This document shows positions 47,915 through 57,360 of a stretch of 64,000 bases of DNA, in pieces. The notes under the pieces were generated by a model. That model had not been told where the DNA came from. It was given only the letters and a program-made list of their open reading frames with translations, and did no database searches. The position numbers were made by a program, and so were the translations under genes. Location: positions 2,046 through 66,045 of the forward strand of contig JAQVJU010000002.1 in assembly GCA_028694995.1 (NCBI GenBank), written 5' to 3'. Positions within the stretch are counted from its first letter, which is position 1; the number at the start of each line of letters is the position of its first letter. Source of the DNA: Minisyncoccota bacterium (lineage in GTDB: Bacteria; Patescibacteriota; Minisyncoccia; UBA6257).

Positions 47915-48289
47915 TTAATTACACCTAGTATTATAAGTATAGCCATTAGCTTCAGCTTCTTCTCGAGATTTAAAATAGATTTTATTTTCTTCTTTTAAGC
48001 TATTAGCTAAGCTACATTCAACAGGATAATAGTATTTTCCTCGAGAACTGGCTACAAAAGGAAATTCTTTTTGTGCTTCTTTTTTAGCTTCAATTTGAGC
48101 TAATCCTTGTTCTAAATCAAGGATTAATTCTTTTTCAATAATGATTGGCGGACGACTAAGAATATTAGCGCCAAGAATAATTCCTGAGGTAAAAGAAAAA
48201 ACAATAGTCAAAAAAATAAAACTGGAGAGCCAGAAATGCTTTTTGACAAAATCAATAATTTTTGCTAATATTTTTAAACAGTGGGGCAT
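47915..48289 (-). CDS. Membrane-anchored protein with C-terminal Ada-type zinc-binding domain
   Basis: N-terminal TM segment. C-terminus YYPVECSLANSLKEENKIYFKSREEAEANGYTYNTRC resembles the Ada metal-binding domain consensus. Confidence 0.4.
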   Translation of the reverse strand: MPHCLKILAKIIDFVKKHFWLSSFIFLTIVFSFTSGIILGANILSRPPIIIEKELILDLEQGLAQIEAKKEAQKEFPFVASSRGKYYYPVECSLANSLKEENKIYFKSREEAEANGYTYNTRCN

Positions 48290-48318
48290 AATATTTAATT
48301 TTTAATTTTTAATACAAT

Positions 48319-48615
48319 ATGGCAAGGACAAAAGCTGGTGGTTCAACAAAATTAGGTAGAGATTCACGTCCAAAAAGTCTTGGTCTTAAGGTAGCTGACG
48401 GTCAAGAAGTAAGAACGGGTAATGTTTTAATCAGACAAAGAGGAACTAAATGGCATCCAGGCACAAATACTGGTCTTGGCGAAGATGATACAATCTTTTC
48501 TCTTAAAGATGGAATTGTAAAGTTTTCAACTAAAAGAAAAAAAAGTTTTACTGGTAAGATTAAAAGAGTTAGCGTGATAAACGTTATTCCTTTGGTTTTA
48601 AAGGAACAGTCTTAA
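48319..48615 (+). CDS. rpmA: 50S ribosomal protein L27
   Basis: Motif [16 protein letters not shown]...[11 protein letters not shown]. Confidence 0.85.
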   Translation: MARTKAGGSTKLGRDSRPKSLGLKVADGQEVRTGNVLIRQRGTKWHPGTNTGLGEDDTIFSLKDGIVKFSTKRKKSFTGKIKRVSVINVIPLVLKEQS

Positions 48616-49048
48616 TTCTAACTTTTAAACTAGCTGATATTTCAGGATAAAGATTTACATTAATTTCATAATCCCCTTGTTCTTTTAAGGGGTTTTTTAA
48701 TTCAATCTGATTTTCTTTTAAAGAGATGCTTTTGTTTTTTAATTCCTCAATGATTTTTTTAGCATTAACAGAGTCATAAGCTTTTTTTCCTTTTTCTGAG
48801 AATTTAAGAGGAATTTCCAATACAAGGTTTTTTAAATCTTCTGCTGTCTTTAGGGCCAGTTCTTTTTCCTGCTTTTCTTTTTGTACTTTTAATTCTTTTT
48901 GCTCAGAAACCTTTTGTACAATTTTCTCATCAGCTCTTTGAGCTAATTTATTGGGAAAGAGATAATTTAAAGCATAACCAATGGCGACTTTTTTAATTTC
49001 TCCTTTTTTTCCTAATTCAGAAACATCTTGTAATAAATAAACTTTCAT
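48584..49048 (-). CDS. rplI: 50S ribosomal protein L9
   Basis: Motif [26 protein letters not shown]. Confidence 0.85.
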   Translation of the reverse strand: MKVYLLQDVSELGKKGEIKKVAIGYALNYLFPNKLAQRADEKIVQKVSEQKELKVQKEKQEKELALKTAEDLKNLVLEIPLKFSEKGKKAYDSVNAKKIIEELKNKSISLKENQIELKNPLKEQGDYEINVNLYPEISASLKVRIKTVPLKPKE

Positions 49049-49057
49049 AATTAATTT

Positions 49058-50359
49058 TTAATTTTGTTCAGGAAGAATAGTTCCTCTGGGCATTATTTGC
49101 AGAGGGGTTATTAATTCATCAATGGCTGCTTGCAATTGATTGTCTTTTGTTGGATCTATCTTAGAATAAGTGCCTAATTCTTCTTGATTTTCTAATTCTA
49201 TCATAATATCTGGCTCTAATCCATTATTCTGGATAATTGTTTCTTTTGGAGTAAGCCAACGAGAGATGGTTATCTTTAAGCTATTATCATCTTTTAAGGT
49301 TACTAATTCTTGAACCGAGCCTTTACCAAATGTCTTAGTGCCAATTAATTTTACTCCCCGATTATCTCTTAAAGCCCCAGCTAATATTTCAGAAGCTGAG
49401 GCAGTACCTTCATTAACTAAAACCACAGTGGGGATATTTTTTAACAAATTTTGAGCTAAACTAACACGAAAAACTTTACTTTCTTCTTTACCAAAATCTT
49501 CTTTAAGAATAATATCTCCATTAGATAAAAACCAGCCGCTAATATTAACCACAGCATCCAAATACCCTCCAGGATTATTGCGTAAATCCAAAACAAGTCC
49601 TTGGGGCTTGGCTCTGGATATTTCCAAAGCTGTTTGGTAAAAATCAATTTTTAAAGGTAGATTAAAATTATAAATCTTTAGATAAGCAATATTGTTTTCT
49701 AACATTTGCCAGCTAACAGTTGGAATTTGAATTTTTTCCCTAGTTAATTCTATTTCTTCTGTTACATTTGTAGAAGGACGATAAGTGGTTAAAGAAACTT
49801 TAGTTCCAGCTTGGCCACGTATTAATTGTGAAGCTTTAGTAGTTGAAAAATTCACTGTTTCTAAATCATTAATTTTTAAAATAATATCATTTGGTTTTAA
49901 ACCAGCTTTTTCAGCTGGAGTGTTTGGCAATGGGGCTACGACTACTAAATAACCATCTTTTTTTCCTATTTCCATGCCAATACCAAAAAACTCTCCTGAT
50001 AATTCATCTGAAAGTTCTTGAGTTTCTTCAGTTGTTAAAAAATCAGAATAAGGATCTTCTAAAGAATTAATCAATCCTTTTGTAGCCCCAATAATCATTT
50101 TTTCAGGATCTAAATCATAACGGTCAACATATTTTTCCAAAACTACTTTCCAAGTGTCCCAAAAAATACCCATATCAGAATCAGGCACAGTAACTGGCGC
50201 TTGTTTGTTAATTATCTTTTCAAAAGGAGAAGGCAGATTTGCTTGCCAGCCCCATTGGGCACCATGCATAAATCCTAAACCCCACATGGCAAGAAACAAA
50301 ACAATGCCTAAGGTTATGAGACCTACTTCTTTAAAGTTTATCTTAGAGTTATTTTTCAT
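49058..50359 (-). CDS. ctpA: Carboxyl-terminal processing protease (S41 family, PDZ domain)
   Basis: PDZ segment (GIGMEIGKKDGYLVVVAPLPNTPAEKAGLKPNDIILKIND). S41 catalytic segment (GTASASEILAGAL...TFGKGSVQ). Confidence 0.85.
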   Translation of the reverse strand: MKNNSKINFKEVGLITLGIVLFLAMWGLGFMHGAQWGWQANLPSPFEKIINKQAPVTVPDSDMGIFWDTWKVVLEKYVDRYDLDPEKMIIGATKGLINSLEDPYSDFLTTEETQELSDELSGEFFGIGMEIGKKDGYLVVVAPLPNTPAEKAGLKPNDIILKINDLETVNFSTTKASQLIRGQAGTKVSLTTYRPSTNVTEEIELTREKIQIPTVSWQMLENNIAYLKIYNFNLPLKIDFYQTALEISRAKPQGLVLDLRNNPGGYLDAVVNISGWFLSNGDIILKEDFGKEESKVFRVSLAQNLLKNIPTVVLVNEGTASASEILAGALRDNRGVKLIGTKTFGKGSVQELVTLKDDNSLKITISRWLTPKETIIQNNGLEPDIMIELENQEELGTYSKIDPTKDNQLQAAIDELITPLQIMPRGTILPEQN

Positions 50360-51746
50360 TTTTTTTCAAAAAATTAATAAATTGATAAGGTAAGTTTGCT
50401 ATTTTTCCAGGGCCAGTGAAGATAACAACATCATTTTTTTTAAGAATACCATAAAGGTTTTTAAATAATTCTGATGAATCATTATTTAAATGAATTTGTG
50501 TTTTTTTAAGAGTTTTTTGTTTTAAGATTTGCTCATATATTATCTTTTCATCGATGCCTTTAATTGGTTTTTCATTAGCTGGATCAATAGGTAATAAGAA
50601 TAAAACATTACAATTTTTTACAGCTAAGGCATATTCTTTGTAAAGAAAGGAGATACGAGAATAACGATGAGGTTCTAGAATTAAAATGATTCTTCTCTTA
50701 CCAAATACCTGATGAGCCATTCTTAAGAGGCTTTTTATTTCTGTTGGATGATGGGCATAATCATCAACGATTGCTATTTTCTGATTATAAACAACACTAA
50801 ACCTTCTTTCAACCCCAGAAAATGTCTTAATGTGTTTTAAAGAATCTTTAAAAGGAATTCCAATAATTTTAGCAATTAAAATAGCCCCTAAGGCATTGTA
50901 AATATTCTCTTTTTCTGGAACAACAAGATGAAGTTTTTCTTCAAATTTTCCTTGAAAATACAAATCAGCAGTTGACTTATTTTTTAGATATTGAATATTC
51001 TTTACTGATAAATCTGTTTTTTTATTAATACCAAAATTAATAATTTGTTTTTTGGTTTTTTTACAAAGAGTTTTTAAGAATTCATCATCATTATTTAAAA
51101 CAATAAAACCTGAAAGGCTTTGTTCAGCAAATATCTGAAAAGCTTTTTTTAAAAGTGAAAAATCAGTTTTATATGGTCCTTGAGCAAATAAATGGTCATT
51201 GTCTACATTAGTAATCAATGGTAGATAAGAAGGGGTTTTTAAAAAAGATTTATCATGTTCATCAGTTTCAATTATTGCATATTCTCCATTTGTCCATTCA
51301 CTACCTAAAGGATAGTCTTTAGTCTTAGCGCCTAAATAAACTATTGGTTTTAGTCCTTGTTTTTTTAAAATATGAGCAGTCATGGCAACAGTAGTGCTTT
51401 TGCCATGAGAACCAGCAATACTAATAATCTTTTTGTCATTTAAAAGCTTTATTAAATAATCAAAACGATTAAAAACAGGGATTTTTTTCTTTTTAGCTTG
51501 TAAAAGTTCAATATTGTTTTTAGGAATTGCTGAAGAATAAACAACAGTTTTTGGTTTTTGAATATTTTCTATCTGATGACCAATAAATATTCTACTTCCT
51601 TTTTGTTCTAATTTCTTTTTAGCTGAAAAATCTTTTTTATCAGATCCTGAAATATAATATCCTTTTTCTAGCAGAAGATTAGCTAAGGCAGTCATGCCTG
51701 AGCCACCTATTCCAATTAAGTGAATATGCTGTTTTTTAATGCTCAT
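50349..51746 (-). CDS. murC: UDP-N-acetylmuramate--L-alanine ligase
   Basis: N-terminal IHLIGIGGSGMTALA and Mur ligase central P-loop (GSHGKSTT). Confidence 0.8.
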   Translation of the reverse strand: MSIKKQHIHLIGIGGSGMTALANLLLEKGYYISGSDKKDFSAKKKLEQKGSRIFIGHQIENIQKPKTVVYSSAIPKNNIELLQAKKKKIPVFNRFDYLIKLLNDKKIISIAGSHGKSTTVAMTAHILKKQGLKPIVYLGAKTKDYPLGSEWTNGEYAIIETDEHDKSFLKTPSYLPLITNVDNDHLFAQGPYKTDFSLLKKAFQIFAEQSLSGFIVLNNDDEFLKTLCKKTKKQIINFGINKKTDLSVKNIQYLKNKSTADLYFQGKFEEKLHLVVPEKENIYNALGAILIAKIIGIPFKDSLKHIKTFSGVERRFSVVYNQKIAIVDDYAHHPTEIKSLLRMAHQVFGKRRIILILEPHRYSRISFLYKEYALAVKNCNVLFLLPIDPANEKPIKGIDEKIIYEQILKQKTLKKTQIHLNNDSSELFKNLYGILKKNDVVIFTGPGKIANLPYQFINFLKKNEK

Positions 51747-51841
51747 TTAAGTAATTATATAGTTTTTAAGCTGTTTTTGTCAATTTTGGAATTTATCTTT
51801 TATTGGATAATTAAGTAAAAATAATATAAAATAGGATTAAT

Positions 51842-52399
51842 ATGAAACATCGGATATTTATTGCCTCACATTTGCCTTGTAATGTTAAAAAGGTTTTTTC
51901 AGGATATCAATTAGCTAAATTATCAAATTCTTGTTTTCGTTTAATACCTGAAAAATCAATGCATTTAACCTTAATCTTTATTGGTGATATTTGGAACAAT
52001 GATTTATATAAAGTAATTCAAGCTTGTGAAAATACTGTAAAATCTTTTTTCCCCATTAGAATTGAGATAAATAAAATCACCTATGGTCCGATTATTCATA
52101 ATCCTCGTTTAATCTGGGCCCAAGGTAAAGAATCTGAAGAATTAATTAATTTTCATCAATCTTTGGAAAAAGAATTAATAGATCAAGGAATAAAATTTAA
52201 AAAGGAAAATCGTTTATTCAAACCACATATTACCTTAGCTAGAATTAATAAAGAAAATTGTTTAAATCTACCTTCTGTTTCAGAAATAGAATTGAAAACA
52301 GAAGAATCTTTTAATTTAAATCAAATTTCAATAATTGAAAGTGAATTAACTTCTTCAGGGCCTATTTATACAGACTTAAACAGTTTTTTACTCAAATAA
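51842..52399 (+). CDS. thpR: RNA 2',3'-cyclic phosphodiesterase / 2'-5' RNA ligase (2H family)
   Basis: Two H-x-T/S-x motifs (HLTLIF, HITLAR). Confidence 0.75.
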   Translation: MKHRIFIASHLPCNVKKVFSGYQLAKLSNSCFRLIPEKSMHLTLIFIGDIWNNDLYKVIQACENTVKSFFPIRIEINKITYGPIIHNPRLIWAQGKESEELINFHQSLEKELIDQGIKFKKENRLFKPHITLARINKENCLNLPSVSEIELKTEESFNLNQISIIESELTSSGPIYTDLNSFLLK

Positions 52400-52408
52400 T
52401 AAGTATTT

Positions 52409-53257
52409 ATGTTTATCTTAGATGTTGTTCCTTTAACTAATATTCCTCTTGGTCAATCTCAGATTTTTTCTTACTTTTCAAAACAAGATGTTAAAAGAGG
52501 TTGTTTGGTTGAAGTTTTTTTAAATCGTAGAAAAGTATTAGCAACAGTTTTAAGATCAGAAAATGTTGTTTCTAGAAAAGCTTTAATTAAAAAATCTAAA
52601 TTTGCTCTTAAACCTATTATAAATGTTATTTCCTTTAAGCCATTAATGCCTCCATTGTTTTTTATTTTAGCTGATTTTATGGCTCGTTATTATTTCTGTT
52701 CTACTTCTTTGGCTATAAAAACAATCTTGCCTTCTAGGATTAAATCTCTTTCTAAGTATCTTGAAAAACTTCCTGATGAAGAATTTCCTGAGTATTTTAA
52801 AATTACAAAACCCTTAGCAAGTAAGGAAATATTAAAAAGACAGAAAGGTAATATTTTTTCAAATGATTTTTCTTTTTTAATTAAAGAAATAAAACAATGT
52901 TTATCTAAAAAACAACAAGTATTGATTTTAGCGCCTACTGTTTTACATCAACAATATTATTTAGATAAAATAAAAACCTCTTTAGAAGAAACAGTTTATA
53001 TTGCTGGTCCTGATTTAAAAGTTAAGGAATTTAACGATTTGTGGAAAAAGATTAACAATCAAGAAGCTTTATTGATTATTGGCAGACGCTCAGCTGTGTT
53101 TTTACCTTGGCAGAATTTAGGATTGATTATTATCATTGATAGCAATAACCCAGCATATAAATCATGGGATCAAAAACCTTATCATAATGCCATTACTTTA
53201 GTAAATTATCTCTCTTTGTATTATCATGCCTCAATCATTGAATATCAAAATTATTAA
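52409..53257 (+). CDS. priA: Primosomal protein N' (PriA), N-terminal part; helicase motifs I/II degenerate; separated from the C-terminal part by a +1 frameshift
   Basis: PriA-like 3'-DNA-binding N-terminus. No Walker A GxGKT where expected (KEIKQCLSKKQQVLILAPT). IIIDSNN replaces DEEH. Confidence 0.5.
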   Translation: MFILDVVPLTNIPLGQSQIFSYFSKQDVKRGCLVEVFLNRRKVLATVLRSENVVSRKALIKKSKFALKPIINVISFKPLMPPLFFILADFMARYYFCSTSLAIKTILPSRIKSLSKYLEKLPDEEFPEYFKITKPLASKEILKRQKGNIFSNDFSFLIKEIKQCLSKKQQVLILAPTVLHQQYYLDKIKTSLEETVYIAGPDLKVKEFNDLWKKINNQEALLIIGRRSAVFLPWQNLGLIIIIDSNNPAYKSWDQKPYHNAITLVNYLSLYYHASIIEYQNY

Positions 53258-54353
53258 TCCAAGAATTGAACCTCAAAAAGGCTCTGGAAGAAAAAAACCA
53301 CCCTTTCAAGCCTTAGGTTTAGAAACTCTATCAGTAATAGAACAAGCAATTAAGAAAAACAAGAAAATTGCTATTTTTATTAATCGACGAGGATTAGCCA
53401 CTAGTATTATTTGCCAGGAATGCGGATTTGTGCCAAAATGTCCTAATTGTGATATTCCTCTTGGTTTTCATTTACCAGCAATTTTGATTTGTCATCATTG
53501 TGGTTATCAAGCTCCAATGCCTAATACTTGTCCTGCTTGTCAGGGTTATCGCTTAAAACCTTTAGGAATAGGAATGCAAAGGATTGGTGAAGAGCTTAAA
53601 GAATTTATCTCTCCCCTGCCCCAATATGCTTTATTAGAAGGGCAAATGCTTGATAATAAAGAATTAAAAATATTTGATAAATTTAATCAAGGTAAGATAA
53701 AAATCTTAATTGGTACTGAAGCTTTATTAAGGCCTCAATTAGAATCAGCAGATGTAGTTATTGTGGCTTCTATAGATCCATTAATTTTCTTACCTGATTA
53801 TAATAGTGAAGAAAGAGTTTTCCTTTATCTTTTAAGATTAAAAAAGATAGCTAAGGAAAAATTAATTATTCAAACTTTAATTCCAGAAAACAAGATATTT
53901 CAATATTTAGTTAATCAAGAAGAAAAAAAGTTTTTTGAACAAGAAAAAAAATGGCGTCAAAATTATCTTTGGCCACCATTTGTTCAATTGATTAAATTAA
54001 CTCTAATTCATCCTGATGAGAAAAAAGGAGAAAAAGAAGCCTTGGATATCAGGGATAAAATAGATCAAGTCATATTAAAAACAATACCTAAAAACCTTCA
54101 AGGAAGTTTCATTATTCTTGGTCCAGCTCCAGCTTTTATTTTTAAAGAAAAAAAAGTTTATCGTTGGAATATCCTGATAAAATATAAATACATTACTAGT
54201 AAGATATTACAAAACACAAATTCACTATCAGGTCTTAATTCTTTAATGCCTTTGTTAACAAAAGAAGAATTAGATTTGAGAAACAAAGTCTTAAAAACAA
54301 TTTCTTTAAATAAATATTGGCGAGTAGATGTGGACCCTAAAGATACATTATAA
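53226..54353 (+). CDS. priA: Primosomal protein N' (PriA), C-terminal part with Cys-rich zinc-binding domain
   Basis: The segment ICQECGFVPKCPNCDIPLGFH...ICHHCGY...CPACQG is the PriA double zinc-finger. Overlaps the previous ORF by 32 nt in another frame. Confidence 0.55.
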   Translation: MPQSLNIKIINPRIEPQKGSGRKKPPFQALGLETLSVIEQAIKKNKKIAIFINRRGLATSIICQECGFVPKCPNCDIPLGFHLPAILICHHCGYQAPMPNTCPACQGYRLKPLGIGMQRIGEELKEFISPLPQYALLEGQMLDNKELKIFDKFNQGKIKILIGTEALLRPQLESADVVIVASIDPLIFLPDYNSEERVFLYLLRLKKIAKEKLIIQTLIPENKIFQYLVNQEEKKFFEQEKKWRQNYLWPPFVQLIKLTLIHPDEKKGEKEALDIRDKIDQVILKTIPKNLQGSFIILGPAPAFIFKEKKVYRWNILIKYKYITSKILQNTNSLSGLNSLMPLLTKEELDLRNKVLKTISLNKYWRVDVDPKDTL

Positions 54354-54361
54354 AAAACATT

Positions 54362-54832
54362 ATGGATTTAATAACAGGTAAAGATAATAAAACATTAAGA
54401 CAAAAAAGCCTTCCAGTTAAGAAAATAGACGCAGAAGTAAGAAGTCTTATAAAAAAGATGACAGTTTTTATGAAGCAGAATAATGGAATTGGTTTAGCAG
54501 CTATTCAAATAGGTGTGCCCTTAAGAGTGATTGTTTGTGAAGTTAATGACAAAGTTTATTCATTAATTAATCCAGAGATTATAAAAACTTCTACTGAGAT
54601 GAATGTTATGGATGAGGGTTGTTTAAGTGTTCCTGATGTTTTTGGCGAAGTGGAAAGACCAGAAAAAATTGTTATCAAGGCAACAACCCCAGAAGGCAAG
54701 AAAATTAAATTCAAAGCCTTTGATTTATTAGCTAGGGTTTTACAACATGAAATGGATCATCTAGATGGTATTCTTTTTACAGACAAGGCTAAAACTACCA
54801 GAGAAGAATTAAACCAAGCTCCAGCTTTATAA
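54362..54832 (+). CDS. def: Peptide deformylase
   Basis: Motifs GIGLAAIQIG, EGCLSVP and QHEMDHLDG. Confidence 0.9.
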   Translation: MDLITGKDNKTLRQKSLPVKKIDAEVRSLIKKMTVFMKQNNGIGLAAIQIGVPLRVIVCEVNDKVYSLINPEIIKTSTEMNVMDEGCLSVPDVFGEVERPEKIVIKATTPEGKKIKFKAFDLLARVLQHEMDHLDGILFTDKAKTTREELNQAPAL

Positions 54833-54834
54833 CT

Positions 54835-55785
54835 ATGAATCAATTTATATTCTTTGGCTCATCAGAATTTTCTAAAATTGTTTTAGACAAATTACTTCAA
54901 GCAAAAATGAAGCCAGTTTTAGTAGTGACTAATCAACCAAAACCAAGGGGCAGAAAACAAATCCTTTCCCCTACTCCTGTTAATGTTTTGGCTTTAGAGC
55001 ATAAGATTCCAGTATTATTGCCTGAAATATTAGATGAAGAATTTATAAATCAAATAAAAGAGATAAATCCAGAATTTATTATACTGACAGCTTATGGTAA
55101 AATTATTCCTTCTGAATTATTAGCGATTCCATTAAAAGGGTTTATTAACTTACATCCATCTCTTTTACCAAAATGGCGAGGGGCAACTCCTATTCAATCT
55201 GTCATATTAAACGGAGATATGGAAACTGGGGTGACTTTAATTTTAATGGACGAACAAGTAGACCATGGTCCAATTATTGCTCAATCTGAATTTAAAATTG
55301 ATAATCTAAGATTTAATTCAGAAGAATTATCAGAAAAATTAGCTGTTATCGGGGCTGAGTTAATTATTCAAACTATACCTCAGTATTTAAAAGGAAAAAT
55401 TATTCCTATGGCTCAAGATCATTCCCAAGCAACTTTTTGTAAAAAAATATTACCAGCAGATGAAAGAATTAACTGGCAACAAGATAATATTCAAATAGAT
55501 AGACAAGTCCGTGCCCTTAATCCTGAACCAGGTGCTTATACTAAAGCTATGCATCCTCAAAAATATGAGTTAATATTGAAAATAGTAAAAGGTTATTTGG
55601 AAAATGATGAATCATTAGAAAAACTACCAATAGGAAAAGTTTTTGATTATCAAAATAAAATGGCTGTTAAATGTAAAAAAGGTTTTTATGTTATTGAATT
55701 AATTAAACCTTCTGGTAAACAAACAATGTCCAGCGATGCTTTTCTTAGAGGTAATAATTGGATTTTAAATCAAATATTAAAATGA
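54835..55785 (+). CDS. fmt: Methionyl-tRNA formyltransferase
   Basis: Formyltransferase N-domain (NLHPSLLPKWRGATPIQ) and the C-terminal domain. Confidence 0.9.
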   Translation: MNQFIFFGSSEFSKIVLDKLLQAKMKPVLVVTNQPKPRGRKQILSPTPVNVLALEHKIPVLLPEILDEEFINQIKEINPEFIILTAYGKIIPSELLAIPLKGFINLHPSLLPKWRGATPIQSVILNGDMETGVTLILMDEQVDHGPIIAQSEFKIDNLRFNSEELSEKLAVIGAELIIQTIPQYLKGKIIPMAQDHSQATFCKKILPADERINWQQDNIQIDRQVRALNPEPGAYTKAMHPQKYELILKIVKGYLENDESLEKLPIGKVFDYQNKMAVKCKKGFYVIELIKPSGKQTMSSDAFLRGNNWILNQILK

Positions 55786-56789
55786 TTGAAACATCAAAAA
55801 AATCTTATCTGGTAATAATCTCAGCTATTTTTATAATTCTTATCCTGGCGATAACAGTTAATCTAGGTATAAAAAGAAATGGTTCTTTAACTTCTTCTGT
55901 CATACAATTTGAGCCAGAGATTATTACAGAAAATAATGTTAAAAATCATCAGGAGATAAGTTTTGATATTCCCTTACATATTAATTTAACTAACTTTTAT
56001 AAATCTTATGGAGAACGGCTTTTAGGTAATGATAAAGTTAGAATTATCAGTCGAGAACAATGGAAAGCTGATAATCGTTATGCTGATATGAATTTTATAG
56101 AAAAATATTGTGAAGATAATTTTTGTTATTCAGAAGTTTATGATGCCGAAGATAGTTTTTCTCAACAAGAATATTGGACAGCAAAAGAATTGGCTTTGAA
56201 TTATAAACAGAATTTTCAGTTAACTGATAGTTTTTTTCTCCAAAGCCAGGAAAAAGAAAATAAATTAAAATATCATTATCTGCCTGTGGAAGAAATAATT
56301 ATTCATCATACAGCAGGTAGCTTTACCTTAGAATTTGAAGATTCAAAAAAAGAAATTCAAAGAATTTATTTAATGCAAGCAGTGCAGAGAAAATGGCAAG
56401 ATATTGGTTATCATTACTTGATTGATGGCGCTGGTCGTGTTTTTGAAGGTAATTTAGGGGGTAAATATGCTATTGGCATTCATACTTATGGCCATAATAA
56501 TGCCACTCTTTCCATTGCTTTAATGGGTGATTTTCGTCCTGGATATAATGAATTCAATAATGTAATGCAAGCATCTTTAATAAACCTAATACAATATTTA
56601 ACAGAAGAATATCAATTTGATTTATCAAAACAAGAGTTTTCTTTAAGAAAGATAGATTTATCTGGTCGGGAAAAAACTGAAAACTTTATTAAAGGTCATC
56701 AAGAAGTAGATTTAAAACAAGAGCCAACTGAATGCCCTGGTGTTGATCCTGAATATTTAAGAAATTTAATTTACCCTTACTTATTCTAA
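55782..56789 (+). CDS. N-acetylmuramoyl-L-alanine amidase (Amidase_2/PGRP domain) with N-terminal TM anchor
   Basis: Motifs IIIHHTAG...IGYHYLIDGAGRVFEG. The start overlaps the fmt stop (ATGA). Confidence 0.75.
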   Translation: MIETSKKSYLVIISAIFIILILAITVNLGIKRNGSLTSSVIQFEPEIITENNVKNHQEISFDIPLHINLTNFYKSYGERLLGNDKVRIISREQWKADNRYADMNFIEKYCEDNFCYSEVYDAEDSFSQQEYWTAKELALNYKQNFQLTDSFFLQSQEKENKLKYHYLPVEEIIIHHTAGSFTLEFEDSKKEIQRIYLMQAVQRKWQDIGYHYLIDGAGRVFEGNLGGKYAIGIHTYGHNNATLSIALMGDFRPGYNEFNNVMQASLINLIQYLTEEYQFDLSKQEFSLRKIDLSGREKTENFIKGHQEVDLKQEPTECPGVDPEYLRNLIYPYLF

Positions 56790-56802
56790 CAAGAACATTC
56801 AG

Positions 56803-57360
56803 TTATTCTTTAAATACATTTGCTTGATATTGATAAATCTCAAAATCAATATTTTTCCAACAATCTTCTTTCATTCCAGCTTTGGAGCATAAATGTGAAA
56901 GAAATTCTTCAGGAGTTTTCAAATCTTCCCAAACTTGAGGTAAAAAGGTAGCTTGATGAGCTCCTTTTTTAATTAAGATTCCTGGTTGGTTTTTCTTCAA
57001 ATGCTTGATTAAACCTTCATTATTAGAAAAACCTATTTTTTTCAAAGGTTCAATAATAGAGATTTCTATCTTAATTTTATTTAATTCTTCTTTTTTAACA
57101 GGTAAAAAACGAGAATCAAATAAAGCACTAGCTAAACTGTTTTCAATTACCATTTCAAAAATTGGCTTGATGCCTTCAAGGCAACCAACACAACCCCTTA
57201 AAGTTTCATTTTCCCAAAGAGAGATAAAAACTCCTTTTTTCTCTTTTAAAGAATCTGATAAATCATCTATTTCTATTTGTAAAATATCCTTGTTTTGAAA
57301 ATATTTCTCAAGGGTTCTTCGTGCTAATTCTAAAAGATATTTTTTATCCTTTTGTTTCAT
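56803..57360 (-). CDS. AMMECR1-domain protein (AmmeMemoRadiSam system protein A)
   Basis: Motif LRGCVGCLEG. The start is probably the internal Met at 57360. The ORF-track N-terminal extension to 57429 overlaps the upstream gene. Confidence 0.7.
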   Translation of the reverse strand: MKQKDKKYLLELARRTLEKYFQNKDILQIEIDDLSDSLKEKKGVFISLWENETLRGCVGCLEGIKPIFEMVIENSLASALFDSRFLPVKKEELNKIKIEISIIEPLKKIGFSNNEGLIKHLKKNQPGILIKKGAHQATFLPQVWEDLKTPEEFLSHLCSKAGMKEDCWKNIDFEIYQYQANVFKE

